From contig CM059431.1 of NCBI GenBank assembly GCA_030390025.1, forward strand, positions 109,494,001 through 109,558,000: a stretch of DNA of 64,000 nt, written 5' to 3'. Both the position numbers and the translations under genes were made by a program. The notes under the pieces are model-generated. The model was not told the DNA's origin, did no database searches, and saw only the letters and a program-made list of their open reading frames with translations. The stretch is from Squalus acanthias (taxonomy: Eukaryota). Below, one piece after another: positions 12,293 through 23,524 of the stretch (position 1 is the first letter of the stretch; each line of letters starts with the position of its first letter).

Positions 12293-12617
12293 GGTACCAA
12301 TGGAAAAGCACTTTACAACAATTAATTTGCTCACCAACAACTTAAGATGTTACTTTTAGTATTTGAAAAACCTGTTCTTTTCAACAGTACAATGCGAAGC
12401 CTACTGAATCGCTCTAATTGTGATTATATTAAGCATTGGTTTCCAGTTTGATAGGTCACTTGGCTGTACAGATGGATAAGCTGCTTTCTGTCTTACAACT
12501 ATTTTTGTTTTATCCAGAACTCTCTTCAAATGGAGCGACAAATGAGGATCAGGGGCTGCTCTCAGGGGGTTGTGCTAGAGACTACCGGAACCCTCACTAC
12601 ACAAACTAAATTGTCAA

Positions 12618-14650
12618 ATCATAGAACCATAGACTCATAGAATGGTTACAGCACGGAAGGAGGCCATTCAGCCCGTCGAGCACATGCTGGCTCTCTGCAA
12701 GAGCACTTCAGCTAGTCCCACTCCCCCGCCCTTTCCCCGTTGCCCTGCAAATTTTTTTCTTTCAAATACTTATCCAACTCCCTTTTCAAAGCCGTGACTG
12801 AGTCTGACTCCACCATCCTTTCAGGCAGTGCATTCCAGATCCTAACCACTCGCTGCGTAAAAAAGGTTTTCCTTATGTCGCCTTTTGTTCTTTTGTCAAT
12901 CACCTTGAATCTGTGTCCTCTGGTTCTCGACCCTTCTGCCAATGGGAACAGTTTCTCTCTATCTACTCTGTCTAGACCCCTCATGATTTTGAATACCTCT
13001 ATCAAATCTCCTCTCAATCTTCTCTGCTCTAAGGAGAACAACCTCAGCTTCTCTAGTCTATCCACGTAACTGAAGTCCCTCATCCCTGGAATCATTCATG
13101 TAAATCTTTACTGCACCCTCTCTAGGGCCTTCACGTCCTTCCTAAAATGTGGTGCCCAGAATTAGACACAATACTCCAGTTGAGGCCAAACCAGTGTTAT
13201 ATACAGGTTCATCATAATTTCCATGCTTTTGTACTCTAAGGGGGTGATTTTGCAAATGGGGGCACGTTAGAGGCGGGACTGCTGCTTGTCGGGTTTTAGT
13301 CCCGCCTCCATCGACTTGTGGCCGACCCACGCTATTTTCCCTTGATTGACCTTGTTAAGCCCGCCCAGCGGGCTTAGCAGGCCAATTAAGGGGAAGCCGG
13401 TTACAGAAAACATCAACGTATGACGTTTCATCTGTCAAAAATTTTGTCATCGTTTGACAGCTCTGTGAAGCTGTCAAACACTGACATTCTCTCTTGTTTG
13501 ATGAGTCCTTGTATTCAAGGCTCATCAAACCTCTTTTGTGAGCAGAAATTAGATGGTTGTTGCATCGGAGAATGCAGCAGCCATCTGTCATCTCTGCCGG
13601 TGAGATGCGAGAGTCTCCGCATCCCCAACTGTTGAAGCCTGCAGGAAGAAACAAAGAAAAGTAAACATTTTCTATCACTTTCCACTTACCTCACATACTT
13701 CACCTCTCCACACTTGCACCCATCACTCACCTCCACAGCGCACTTTTGCACCCCTCCGACCCCCGCAGACCCATTGCTCGCCTCGGTGACCCTGGCGGGG
13801 TTTCCCGACGTCGGGAAGCCCGCACCTCTGGTGGAAAAATGGGGATAATCCTCTTAACTGCCTGTTAACTACCTGTTAACAGGCAGTTAAGTGGCTGTAA
13901 TCCCCTTCCCGCCTCCAGGAGACGTGACCCGGCGCAGGTCGGCTACCCGCCTCCTGGGAAGATTGCACGGAGGTGGGTTGGGGGCGGGATGGGTACCCGC
14001 CCCCAGATTCTGCCATTTTCCCGGCAGTCCCACCTCCATACCCGCCTCCCCAGGGCTGGCAAAATCCAGCCCTTTGCCTCTATTCATGAAGCCCAGGATC
14101 CCATAAGCTTTTTTAACTGCTTTCTCAACCTACCCTGCAACGATTTGTGCAGATATACCCCTCGGGCTCTCTGTTCATGCAGCCCTTTGGGATTGTACCC
14201 TTTAGTTATGTTTCCTCTCCTCATTCTTTCTATCAAAATGTATCACTTCACACTTTTCTGTGTTAAATTTCGTCTGCCACGTGTCTGTCCATTCCACCAG
14301 CCTGTCTATGTCCTCTTGAAGTCTATCATTATCCTCTTCACTGTTCACTACACTTCCAAGTTTTGTGTCATCTGTAAATTTTGAAATTGTGCCCTGTATG
14401 CCCACATTAAAGTCATTAATATATATCAAGAAAAGCAGTGGTCCTAGAACCGACCCCTGGGGAACACCGCTGTATAACTTCCTCCAGTCCGAAAAACAAA
14501 TTTTCACCACTAATCTCTGTTTCCTGTCACTTAGCCAATTTCGTATCCATGCTGCCACTGTCCATTTCATTCCATGGGCTTCAACTTTGCTGGCAAGCCT
14601 ATTATCTGGCACTTTGTCGAGCGCCTTTTGGAAATCCATGTACACCACGT
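12618..14650 (-). mobile_element. CR1 LINE fragment split by the Harbinger element at 13240-14072
   Basis: ORFs 12712-13095 and 14202-14648 are consecutive CR1 RT segments. Confidence 0.9.
13240..14072 (-). mobile_element. Harbinger-like family X (about 830 bp) inserted in CR1
   Basis: TIRs GGGGGTGATTTTGC / GCAAAATCCAGCCC. Interrupts a minus-strand CR1. The 3-bp TSD is degenerate. Confidence 0.85.
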
Positions 14651-15052
14651 TAACCGCAGGAAATCATGGGCATTTCAATTGCACAGAGTATACGAGCTCC
14701 AATGTTCTGTGTCACAGAATGTCACAATTTCCTGCTCAGTGACTTATCGAATCTCAGTCATGCCAAGAAATGGAGACCACAGGTGTTTCTTCGGAGGAAG
14801 GGGAGTGGGGGGAACCAGAGGGTGAATTATCCTGGCTTACAGGTGCAGGTATCTCCTAACAACTGACTCAAGAGTGGCATTGAGAGACCCTGGGAGCAAG
14901 TGACTTGACCACCCCCTCAGTTAAGGAATGGCCGGTACAGACACGATGGGCCGAATGGCCTCCTTCTGTTCAGTAAATTTCTATGATTCTATGAATGTGG
15001 CCAAGAGACCTAGAGCAAGGAAAATGGAGAAATTACAAGTAGTAACTTTTCA

Positions 15053-15685
15053 GAACATAAGAACATAAGACGTAGGAGCAAGAGTAGATCATTTGACCCC
15101 TTGACCCTGCTCCGCCATTCAATAAGATCATGACTGATCTGATCTTGGCCTCAACTCCACTTCCCTGCCCGCCCCCCATAACCCTTGACTCCCTTACCTT
15201 TCAAAAATCTGTCTATCTCCACCTTAAATATATTTAATGACCCAGCTGCCACAGCTCTCTGGGGTAGAGAATTCCAAAGGTTCACCACCCTCTGAGAGAA
15301 GAAATTCCATCTCATTTCCGTTTTAAATGGGTGCCCCCTTATTCTGAAATTATGCCCCCTAGTTCTAGATTCCCCCACGAGGGGAAACATTCTCTCTGCA
15401 CCTACCCTGTCAAGCCCCTTCAGAATCTTATATGTTTCAATAAGATCCCCTCTCATTCTTCTAAACTCCAATGAGTATAGGCCCAACCTGCTCAACCTTT
15501 CTTCATAAGACAACCCCTTCAACTCCGGGATCAACCTCGTGAACCTTCTCTGAACTGCCTCCAATGCAAGAACATCCTTCCTTAAATAAGGAGACCAAAA
15601 CTGTACGCAGTGCTCCAGGTGTGGTCTCACCAATACCCTGTACAGGACTTCCCTACTTTTATACTCCATTCCCTTTGCAATAAAC
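15053..15685 (-). mobile_element. CR1 LINE 3' fragment
   Basis: ORF 15151-15831 carries the CR1 C-terminus; (AACATAAG)n tail. Confidence 0.9.
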
Positions 15686-16184
15686 AATATGTAGTTACAA
15701 ATTTTTTCTGAACAAGATTTCCCACACGCCACCTTTTTGAATACTTTGACATTCCCATTGCTCACCATTACATGTGTTCTTTTACTTGTTTCCGAACATG
15801 AGGTGAGAGAGGAGGCAAACATAAATTCCAATTGAACGAGCTCTAAAGAACAACAACCACTTCTACTCGTCCTCTCTAGTTAAGGATAGATACTACTTCT
15901 TTTTAAGAAATCATTTTGTCTCGAAAATACATAATTCATTTTAGATCGTGTTTTTGAAACATGTAATTTATTTATGAAGAAAAAGGTTTAAAATTTAAAA
16001 AAAGTTTAAAAGCCTTAAACATGTTCTTACATCTTCAGAGAGTTGGATGAGCAGTTACGTGGATCAGAATGTAATTCTACCAGGAATCTGCTTCATTTTT
16101 ATCAATTCAAAAAGGCTGTTAAGATCTTGTGCATATCAGAGATTCCACTGAGGCAATAATAACCTAAATACTGCAACAAAGACC

Positions 16185-16275
16185 TAAATATTGCAGATGC
16201 TGGAAATCTGAATCAAAAACGGAAAATGGTGGAAGCGCTTAGCAAGTCAGGCAAAGCATCTGCGGAGGGAAGCAA
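16185..16275 (-). mobile_element. Penelope-like terminal fragment
   Basis: AAATATTGCAGATGCTGGAAATCTGA...CAGGCAAAGCATCTGCGGAG is homologous to the other Penelope ends. Confidence 0.55.
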
Positions 16276-16344
16276 CAGATTTACATATCAGGCATTTCCC
16301 TCCATCACAACCAGGGAGTGAGACCTCAAATGAAGGCAACCAGG

Positions 16345-17305
16345 GTAAAATGTACCGAGTGTAATGTAACCAAGTTTGCAGATGATACAAAGATGGGTGG
16401 GAAAGCAAGTTGTGCAGAGGACTCAAAGAATCTGCAAAGGGATATAGACAGGCTAAGTGAGTGGGCAAACATTTGGCAGATGGTGTATAATGTGGGAAAG
16501 TGCGAGGTTATCCACTTTGGCAGGAAAAATAAAAAAGCAAATTATTATTTAAATGGAGAGAGATTACAAAATGCTACAGTTCAGAGGGACCTGGGAGTCC
16601 TTGTGCATGAAACACAAAAAGTTAGCATGCAGGTACAGTAAGTAATCAAAAAGGCAAATGGAATGTTGGCCTTTATTGCAAGGGGGTTGGAGTATAAAAG
16701 CAGGGAAGTCCTGCTACAACTGTACAGGGTATTGGTGAGACCACACCTTGAGTACTGCATACAGTTTTGGTCTCCTTATTTAAGGAAGAATATACTTGCA
16801 TTGGAGGCAGTTCAGAGACGATTCACTAGGTTAATTCCAGAGATGAGGGGGTTGACTTCTAAAGAAAGGTTGAGCAGGCTGGGCCTATACTCATTGGAAT
16901 TTAGCAGAATGAGAGGTGAACTTATTGAAACATATACGATACTGAGGGGGCTCGACAAGGTAGATGCAGAGAGGATGTTTCCCCTCGTGGGGAAATCTAT
17001 GACTCGGGGGCATAGTATCCGAATAAAGGGTCACCCTTTTAGAACTGAGATGAGGAGGAATTTCTTCTCTCAGAGGGTCGTAAATATGTGGAATTCTCTG
17101 CCCCAGAGAGCCGTGGAGGCTGGGTCATTAAATACATTTAAGGTGGAGATAGACAGATTTTTGCAAGATAAGGGAGTGAAGGGTTATGGGGAGCGGGCAG
17201 GGAAGTGGCTTTGGGCCCAAGATCAGCCATGATCTTATTGAATGGTGGAGCAGGCTCGAGGGGCCATGTGGCCTATTCCTGCTCCTATTTCTTATGTTCT
17301 TATGT
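16345..17305 (+). mobile_element. CR1 LINE 3' fragment
   Basis: KFADDTK...RPHLEYC...FFSQRVV; (TTCTTATG)n tail. Confidence 0.92.
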
Positions 17306-17367
17306 AAAAGAAGCAAATGGAAATCACGTCAAAGAGAGGAGCATCAGTTGGGGTAGATGACTCGCCT

Positions 17368-17392
17368 TGTGAAGGAATAAGCCATATAACCT
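17368..17392 (+). repeat. 5' LTR stub (25 bp) of the foamy provirus
   Basis: TGTGAAGGAATAAGCCATATAACCT is identical to 19646-19670 and is joined directly to RNase H coding sequence. Confidence 0.93.
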
Positions 17393-19260
17393 TTTTATCC
17401 AGAAGAATTACTGTCCATACCCCTTGGCCATAAGACAGCGCAATATGCTGAAGCCGCAGCACTACGGTATGCTTTAGAAAAGGCAGACCCTATTAAACCC
17501 ACATTAATCTGTACGGATAGTGACGATTGTAAAAGAGGATATAACAAAGATCTAGTTTTCTGGGAACAAACAAACTTTACCAATCATAAGGGTAAACCCA
17601 TAAAACATAAGTCATTGTGGGAAAACATTCTCCGTTCGAGAATGGAGAAACAGAATTGTCAAGTGATTCATGTAAACAGGCATACCACTGGGACAGTACA
17701 CTCAAAAGGAAACAGTCTTGCAGACGAACAAGCAAAACGTTCAGTCTGCATGACACCCCTCGAGAGGGGCCTGCCAATATTAGTGTTATCACTAGGGCAG
17801 AATGGGCAGCTAATCAGGATGAGGAACTGATTCAGCTATTAGACCCAACAAAAGAGAATCCACCAGGATATCCATCAAAGTACTTTTACTCGGAAACCCC
17901 TACTGGTATTGTGCTAGTTAAGTTGCCCAAGGGAAAGCGAGAAGTACCCCCAAGACACAAACGAGAACAGTTTGTAAAAGAAGCTCATGAGGGCATAGGT
18001 CAAGCACATTGTGGTGCCAGAACAACATTCTGCAAATTGACTCCCTTATATTGGTGGCTAGGCATGCTTAAGGCCTGTAAAACATGCGTGGCAAATTGTG
18101 AGCCATGCAATGTAACCAATAAGTCAACTCTAATTAAGCCACCACCATTGGCTCCTGTGAAAGCTGATGAGCCAATGGGAAAATTCTTTATTGACTTTAT
18201 TGGACCACTTCCCCCGTCATTGGGATACAGACACATTCCCGTTTGTGTAGATGGATGCACTTCCTTCTGCTGGCTGGTCCCCACAAAAACTGTTTCGGAA
18301 AACGCACTCGCCAATGCTATTACTGACATAATTACTGTAGCTGGTGCACCCAAAATCTTACACTCCGATCAAGGCGGAGCCTTTGTCTCCAAGGTCTTCA
18401 AAGACTACTGCGAACAAAGGGGGATTGGGTTAGAGCATAATACACCACGTCATCCGCAATCAGCGGGGCTGGTGGAATGTAAAAACAAGGAAGTAAAAAA
18501 GCTATTGGTCAAACTGTTTAGAATCAGGGGAAATAAGTGGACCAGTGTCATTCCGGAGGTGCAGCTATCACTTAATAATGTGCCCGCATCTGCATCAGGG
18601 ACAGTGTCCCCTAAAACTCCATATTATCTGATGTATGGGGTTGAGATGCATACGCATACCCATGGTTCTTTTATTGCCTCTACACTCTCTGATTCCTTGA
18701 CCCGACAGCGACAGTTAGATTTAAAAAAAGAAGTAACAGAGGAGATACATCAAATTGATCAGAGGATAAGGGAGACAAATAGGCAGAAAAAATTGACAAA
18801 CAAAGCATGGCAACCCCTAGCAGGAGAATGGGTACAGGAAAAGAAGTTCGAGCAAAAACCTGGTTTAAGATCTAAGTGGAAAAAACCTGTTCAAATACGT
18901 TCTGTTATTAACGAGAGAACTGTTAAAATACATATTAATCAGCCGAATGGCAAGCATATTCTTAAAACTGTCTCCATAGACAATCTCAAAAGATGTCCTG
19001 CGGGATACCGAAATGGAGGAACAATACAAGGTGCAGTCGTACACTGTCTTTCCAGACCCAGCTTGGAGCACGACACAGGAAATGGATGCGATCGAACTAC
19101 TGACGACGGTCAGCCAGACGGTGTCACCGACTCCTCCACACGATGCTTGGCAACGCCTCAGGAATGGGATTTGCAAAAAGCCACAACCAAAACAAGTAAA
19201 GATCAACGAGTTACTTCAACGAAGGAGGAAAACTTTGCGGATGGAGAAGGAATCAACTGA
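17393..19260 (+). pseudogene. pol: Foamy-virus pol, 5'-truncated: RNase H plus integrase, one frameshift near 17745-17765
   Basis: The frame from 17393 reads LSIPLGHKTAQYAEAAAL...ICTDSD...KGKPIKHKSLW...GNSLADEQAK (PFV as recalled: WSIPLGNHTAQMAEIAAV...ITDSF...KKPLKHISKW...GNALADKLAT). ORF 17617-19260 has HHCC (AHEGIGQAH, CEPC), KFFIDFIGPLPPSLGY, LHSDQGGAF, HPQSAGLVECKN and C-terminal KTVSIDNLK, all matching the PFV integrase layout. Confidence 0.95.
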
Positions 19261-19360
19261 GCTCCTGGCAAGGCCTTTACGAAAACAAAAATCTGTCCTC
19301 ACGCTGGATCAATGGAACAGCGTGTCAAGCTTCAGCCAATTCCAAATGACGTCTCCTTGA
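19013..19360 (+). pseudogene. env: Foamy-virus env N-terminus (leader peptide), truncated
   Basis: The ATG lies inside the Pol 'NG' codons (AAT GGA) just after VSIDNLK, the same position as the PFV env start. The ORF contains LTLDQW, resembling PFV MTLQQW. The rest of env is missing. Confidence 0.7.
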
Positions 19361-19635
19361 CTCGTATGAATAACTCACCTCTACGGAACGTACATCTGCC
19401 AATTGGACATTCTAAGTACATGTTGTTTCGCTAATTGCATGACAATGTACCTCTCATCCTTTTAATTTGTGTTCAATTTAAAATAGGGCAAAATATTGCC
19501 CTGGGATGACTCAAAGGAATTTTCATGTAGCACATGATTAGGCTCTTGTGAATCTCGTGAAATTAATGTGTTATTGCAACCTTATTAGTAACATTGAACA
19601 AACTCTGCCCTGATGTTTGAGCTCATTTTTTGGTC

Positions 19636-19645
19636 AAGAGGTAGG
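19636..19645 (+). other. Polypurine tract
   Basis: AAGAGGTAGG lies immediately 5' of the TG that starts the 3' LTR. Confidence 0.8.
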
Positions 19646-20755
19646 TGTGAAGGAATAAGCCATATAACCTATTCAGAAAAATACACCATTCTATGAAAGA
19701 ATTCTAGCCTTATTAAAACATGACAAACTGGGTTTGGAAATCTAGAAACCTAACTATGAAAAAGCTGTGAAAGCATTCTGGCTATAGAGATAAGATAGTT
19801 GTTGACACTGAATCAATAACCTTATTGAAACAGAAGGTTAAAGGCTCCAGTAGTCTGAACCTTTTGGAATCAAACAATGGTTCACCCTGTACAAGGTGTT
19901 ATAATTTACACTTCGTAAAGAAGCACATAAAAGTAAGAAACATCTGCCTTCGTAAAAATTACATCAAGTAAAACGCACCTGCCATTACACCGTTTTTTTA
20001 TGGTAAACTTAGAACACCTAGAGAAGAGACATAATTCGGTAATGCTACCAGCTGAGGTGACCGTAAGAATTGCAGGGGTCAGCAGAAAAATGACTAGAGA
20101 TAATTAGCTTACATCAGCAGAAAACCTTAAAGGAAATACCACTGGAAAAGGGTATAAATATTGAACTCTCAAATGGGATAACAAACTCGCTTTAAAGGGG
20201 CAAAGCGATTCTCTTTGTACCTCGGAGATCAAAGGTGTTTGATTTTGATGGATATCCTGTAGAAAACTAAGAACTGTAAAACTGTAGCGAAGTTAAGATT
20301 TGAGAGTAAGGTTCTCTGATAATAGAATTGTAAGCTTTCTCTTTTTGGAACTGTTAATGTTGCGATTGAATCACCAACTGTAAATTACATGTCGGTTCTT
20401 TAATAAATCTATATATTTTTAGAATTGTCTCACATAAGACTTCTGTATCAAACTCGCGAACTCAATCTCTGTACATTCTTTGGTGAGGAGTTGCAGAATT
20501 CTGGGGGAGTTTTCCGGACCCTCATAATATCCGGAACGTTACAGTCTAGCTAAACTTAATAAAAAGTGCTATCTGGAGGACGATAACATTTTCAGGTTGT
20601 TCCTTTCCTTTAGGGAGAGATAGTCCGGACCTTTAGACCCAATTAAGCGTCTTTAGGATTCGGCTACCTCAAACTTTAGTTGAAAGTGAACGTCTGAGGA
20701 ATATGCCTGACCTGGGATAGCCCTAAAGGGGCTAGGACTAGTAAATATCCCTTCA
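19646..20755 (+). repeat. 3' LTR (1110 bp) of the foamy provirus
   Basis: TG...CA ends with a TGAAGG/CCTTCA inverted repeat. TATAAA at 20153-20158, candidate splice donor GA|GTAAG at about 20304-20310, AATAAA at 20402-20407. Confidence 0.92.
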
Positions 20756-21067
20756 GCCTCATTTTATTTTTGTTGAGCATTTATGAGAGAGTTCAGATGA
20801 GCCAGCTGTAAATTATTAGATGAATACAAAATTAAATTTCTGATTTAATTATTGAATGGAGACAGAAAGCAGATTGATTTAATCTATATGATTTATAATA
20901 TGTAATATAATATCACATGAAAATGTTGCAGATTTCTCTAGTAACAGCTGTGCAACATGAGACTGCCATTCTGTTATATATGTCTACATTTCTGCTTTTG
21001 AAGATTATTAGTCCCACTGAAATACAATAGCATCCTTATTTCTACTTAGTAAGTAAAATTATTATAC

Positions 21068-22505
21068 AAAGAGAAAATGCTGGAAATACTCAGCAGGTCA
21101 GGCAGCATCTGTGGAGCGAGAAACAGGGTTAACGGTTCAGGTCGATGATTTTTCATCAGAATTGGAAAAAGTTGGTGATGTAACAGGTTTTAAGCAAGTG
21201 TAGGGGCAGGGAAAAGGGGGAGGGGAGGAAAGAACAAAAGGGAAGGTCTGTGATAGGGTGGAAAGCAGGAGAGATTAAGAGACAAAAGGGATGATGGTGC
21301 AAGGTGAAAGGAGATGGTAATGGGACAAGTGAAGAAACAAAGGATGGGTCTAGAGGAGGTGTAAATGGGGATATCAGAATCATCAGCAACAGCTGCCGTC
21401 CGAAAAAATGGGGGTAGAATTTATGATCTGAAATTGTTGAACTCAATGTTGAGTCAAGAAGGCTGTGATGTGCCTAATCGAAAGATGAGGTGCTGTTCCT
21501 CGAACTTACATTGAGCTTCATTGGAACAGTGTAGGAAGCTGAGGACACAGAGGTCAGAGTGGGAGTGGAGCAATGAATTTAAATGACAAGCGACCGGAAG
21601 TTCGGGGTCCGCTTGAGGACTGAACGGAGGTGTTCTGCAAAGTGATCACCCAATCTGCGTTTGGTCTCCCCAATGTAGAGGAGACCGCATCGTGAGCAGC
21701 AAATACAATATACTGAATTGAAAGAAGTACAAGTAAATCGCTGTTTCACCTGGAGGGAGTTTTTGGGAACCTGGACGGTGGGAAGGGAGGAGGTAAAAGA
21801 GCAGGTGTTGCATCTCCTGCGCTTGCCAGGGAAGGTGCCGTGGGAAGGGGAGTGGGTGTTGGGGGTGATTAAGGAGTGGACCAGGGTGTTGCAGAGGGAA
21901 TGGTCCCTTCAGAATGCTGAAAGTGGAGGGGGGCAGAAGATGTGTTTGGTAGTGGGATCACGCTGGAGGTGGCGGAAATGACGGAGGATGATCCGTTGAA
22001 TGTGGAGGCTGGTGGGGTGGAAGGTGAAGACAAGGGGAACCCTATCGTGGTTCTGGGAGGGAGGGGAAGGGGTGAAAACAGAAGTGCAGGAAATGGAACG
22101 GACACGGTTGAGGGCCATGTCAACCACGGTGGAGGGGAACCCTCGGTCGAGGAGAAAGGAAGACATATTGGAAGCACTGGTATGGAAGGTGGCATCGTTG
22201 GAACAAATGCAATGGAGAAACTGGGAGAATGGAATAGTGTCCTTACAGGAAGCGGGGTGGGAGGAAATGTAGTCAAGGTAGCTGTGGGAGTCCGTGAGCT
22301 TATAGTGAATATTGGTCGATAGCCTATCCCCAGAAATGGAGACAGAGAAGTCGAGGAAGGGAAGTGTCGGAGATGGATCATGTGAAGGCGATGGAAGGGT
22401 GGAAATTGGAAGTAAAATTGTTAGATGTGTGTACAATAGGTCCAAACAAATATTAGGATTTCTCTGAAATAGAAACAGAAAATGCTGGAAGTACACAGCA
22501 GCTGA
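21068..22505 (-). mobile_element. Penelope-like retroelement 3' fragment (RT C-terminus plus GIY-YIG endonuclease)
   Basis: LPFLDFSVSISGDRLSTNIHYKLTDSHSYLDY...SSHP. Minus-strand VYCICCSRCGLLYIGETKRRLGDHFAEH at about 21630-21715. Terminal repeat pieces at both ends. Confidence 0.88.
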
Positions 22506-23524
22506 TCTACACCCGTCATATCTCAGGTGTGAGCTTAAATTGGCTATATCCCTGCATCAGATTCAGGAAGGGAGTAATTGCAAATCCTGTACCATTTGGC
22601 AGTTCCAGAATCAGCCTTACTGGCACACCAGTAACCACACCCAGTCTGGACAGACTTCACTTTCATGCTCCTTACGAGTGAACATAGCCTTCAAAAAACT
22701 AAATATTAGATTTATACTTAAGGCATGTAATATCATTCCAGATCATCCTGGACTTTTAATCACTGCTCCTACCTTTATATTTCAGAGCGTTCTCTCCTGG
22801 CTGGAATCATGATGCTCAGGATCTGTTTGTCACCTTTCTGCCCTTACCATTGGTCCAGTGCAAAACCTCGGCCATGTTTGAGAGAAGAACCCCAGAGTGG
22901 CAACAACTCCAGAAGGAAAAGCTACATGAAAGATCTTTTGTACATTTTTTAAAAATACATTATCAGCTAAATTGGAAAGGAATCCTGAATCATCTTTATT
23001 ATCTGAGCTTTCATACTGAATCGAGTGATTTAAAAATAGTTTAATCATGCTACTGTTAAGCTGGAACTGGGCACATCTTCTAGACATGTAAAATGACAAC
23101 ATTGTTTTTTAGTTGTATTGCTTGGATTAATATTTAATTCAAATAATCAGTCACAATGAACTTTGAGACTGTTGAAGGCAAATTCCAGTTGCTCCCAGCC
23201 CCAAAGCAAAAGACACCCAATGAAGAAGCTGTAAAAGCCCATTTCCTCTTGACTATGAATCACAGAAATGCCAACTAATAGGAACGAGGCTCAGGTGTTT
23301 AACTAATGTATCTGAATAGCACACGTGAAGGTTTAACACAGACGATACTGTATGACTCTATAAATGTTTAGGGAAAAAGTGAGAATTGCACAAGTTCCAC
23401 TGGCTGTCACCTGGCCCAGTTGAAACCATGACACAACAAATTATAGCAGATAGTAAAATCTGGAACCAGCCAGTTTTCCATTTGCCACTGGGAAGATTGA
23501 ATCCAAACAACTATTTAAATAGCT

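Larger units (their letters stand above)
17368..20755 (+). mobile_element. Endogenous foamy virus (spumaretrovirus-like) provirus, internally deleted
   Basis: Starts TGTGAAGG and ends CCTTCA. Flanked by GCCT at 17364-17367 and 20756-20759 (4-bp TSD, as for foamy viruses). The first 25 nt are identical to the start of the 3' LTR at 19646. The interior encodes foamy-like RNase H, integrase and the Env start. Confidence 0.95.

Noticed and set aside
17617..17760. N-terminus of the 547-aa ORF as real protein
   Set aside because: RNase H homology is in the other frame until about 17750; only the downstream part is integrase.
18730..18780. Central polypurine tract in integrase
   Set aside because: Purine-rich stretches exist (AGAGGATAAGGGAGA), but none matches the 3' tract exactly, so it cannot be called.
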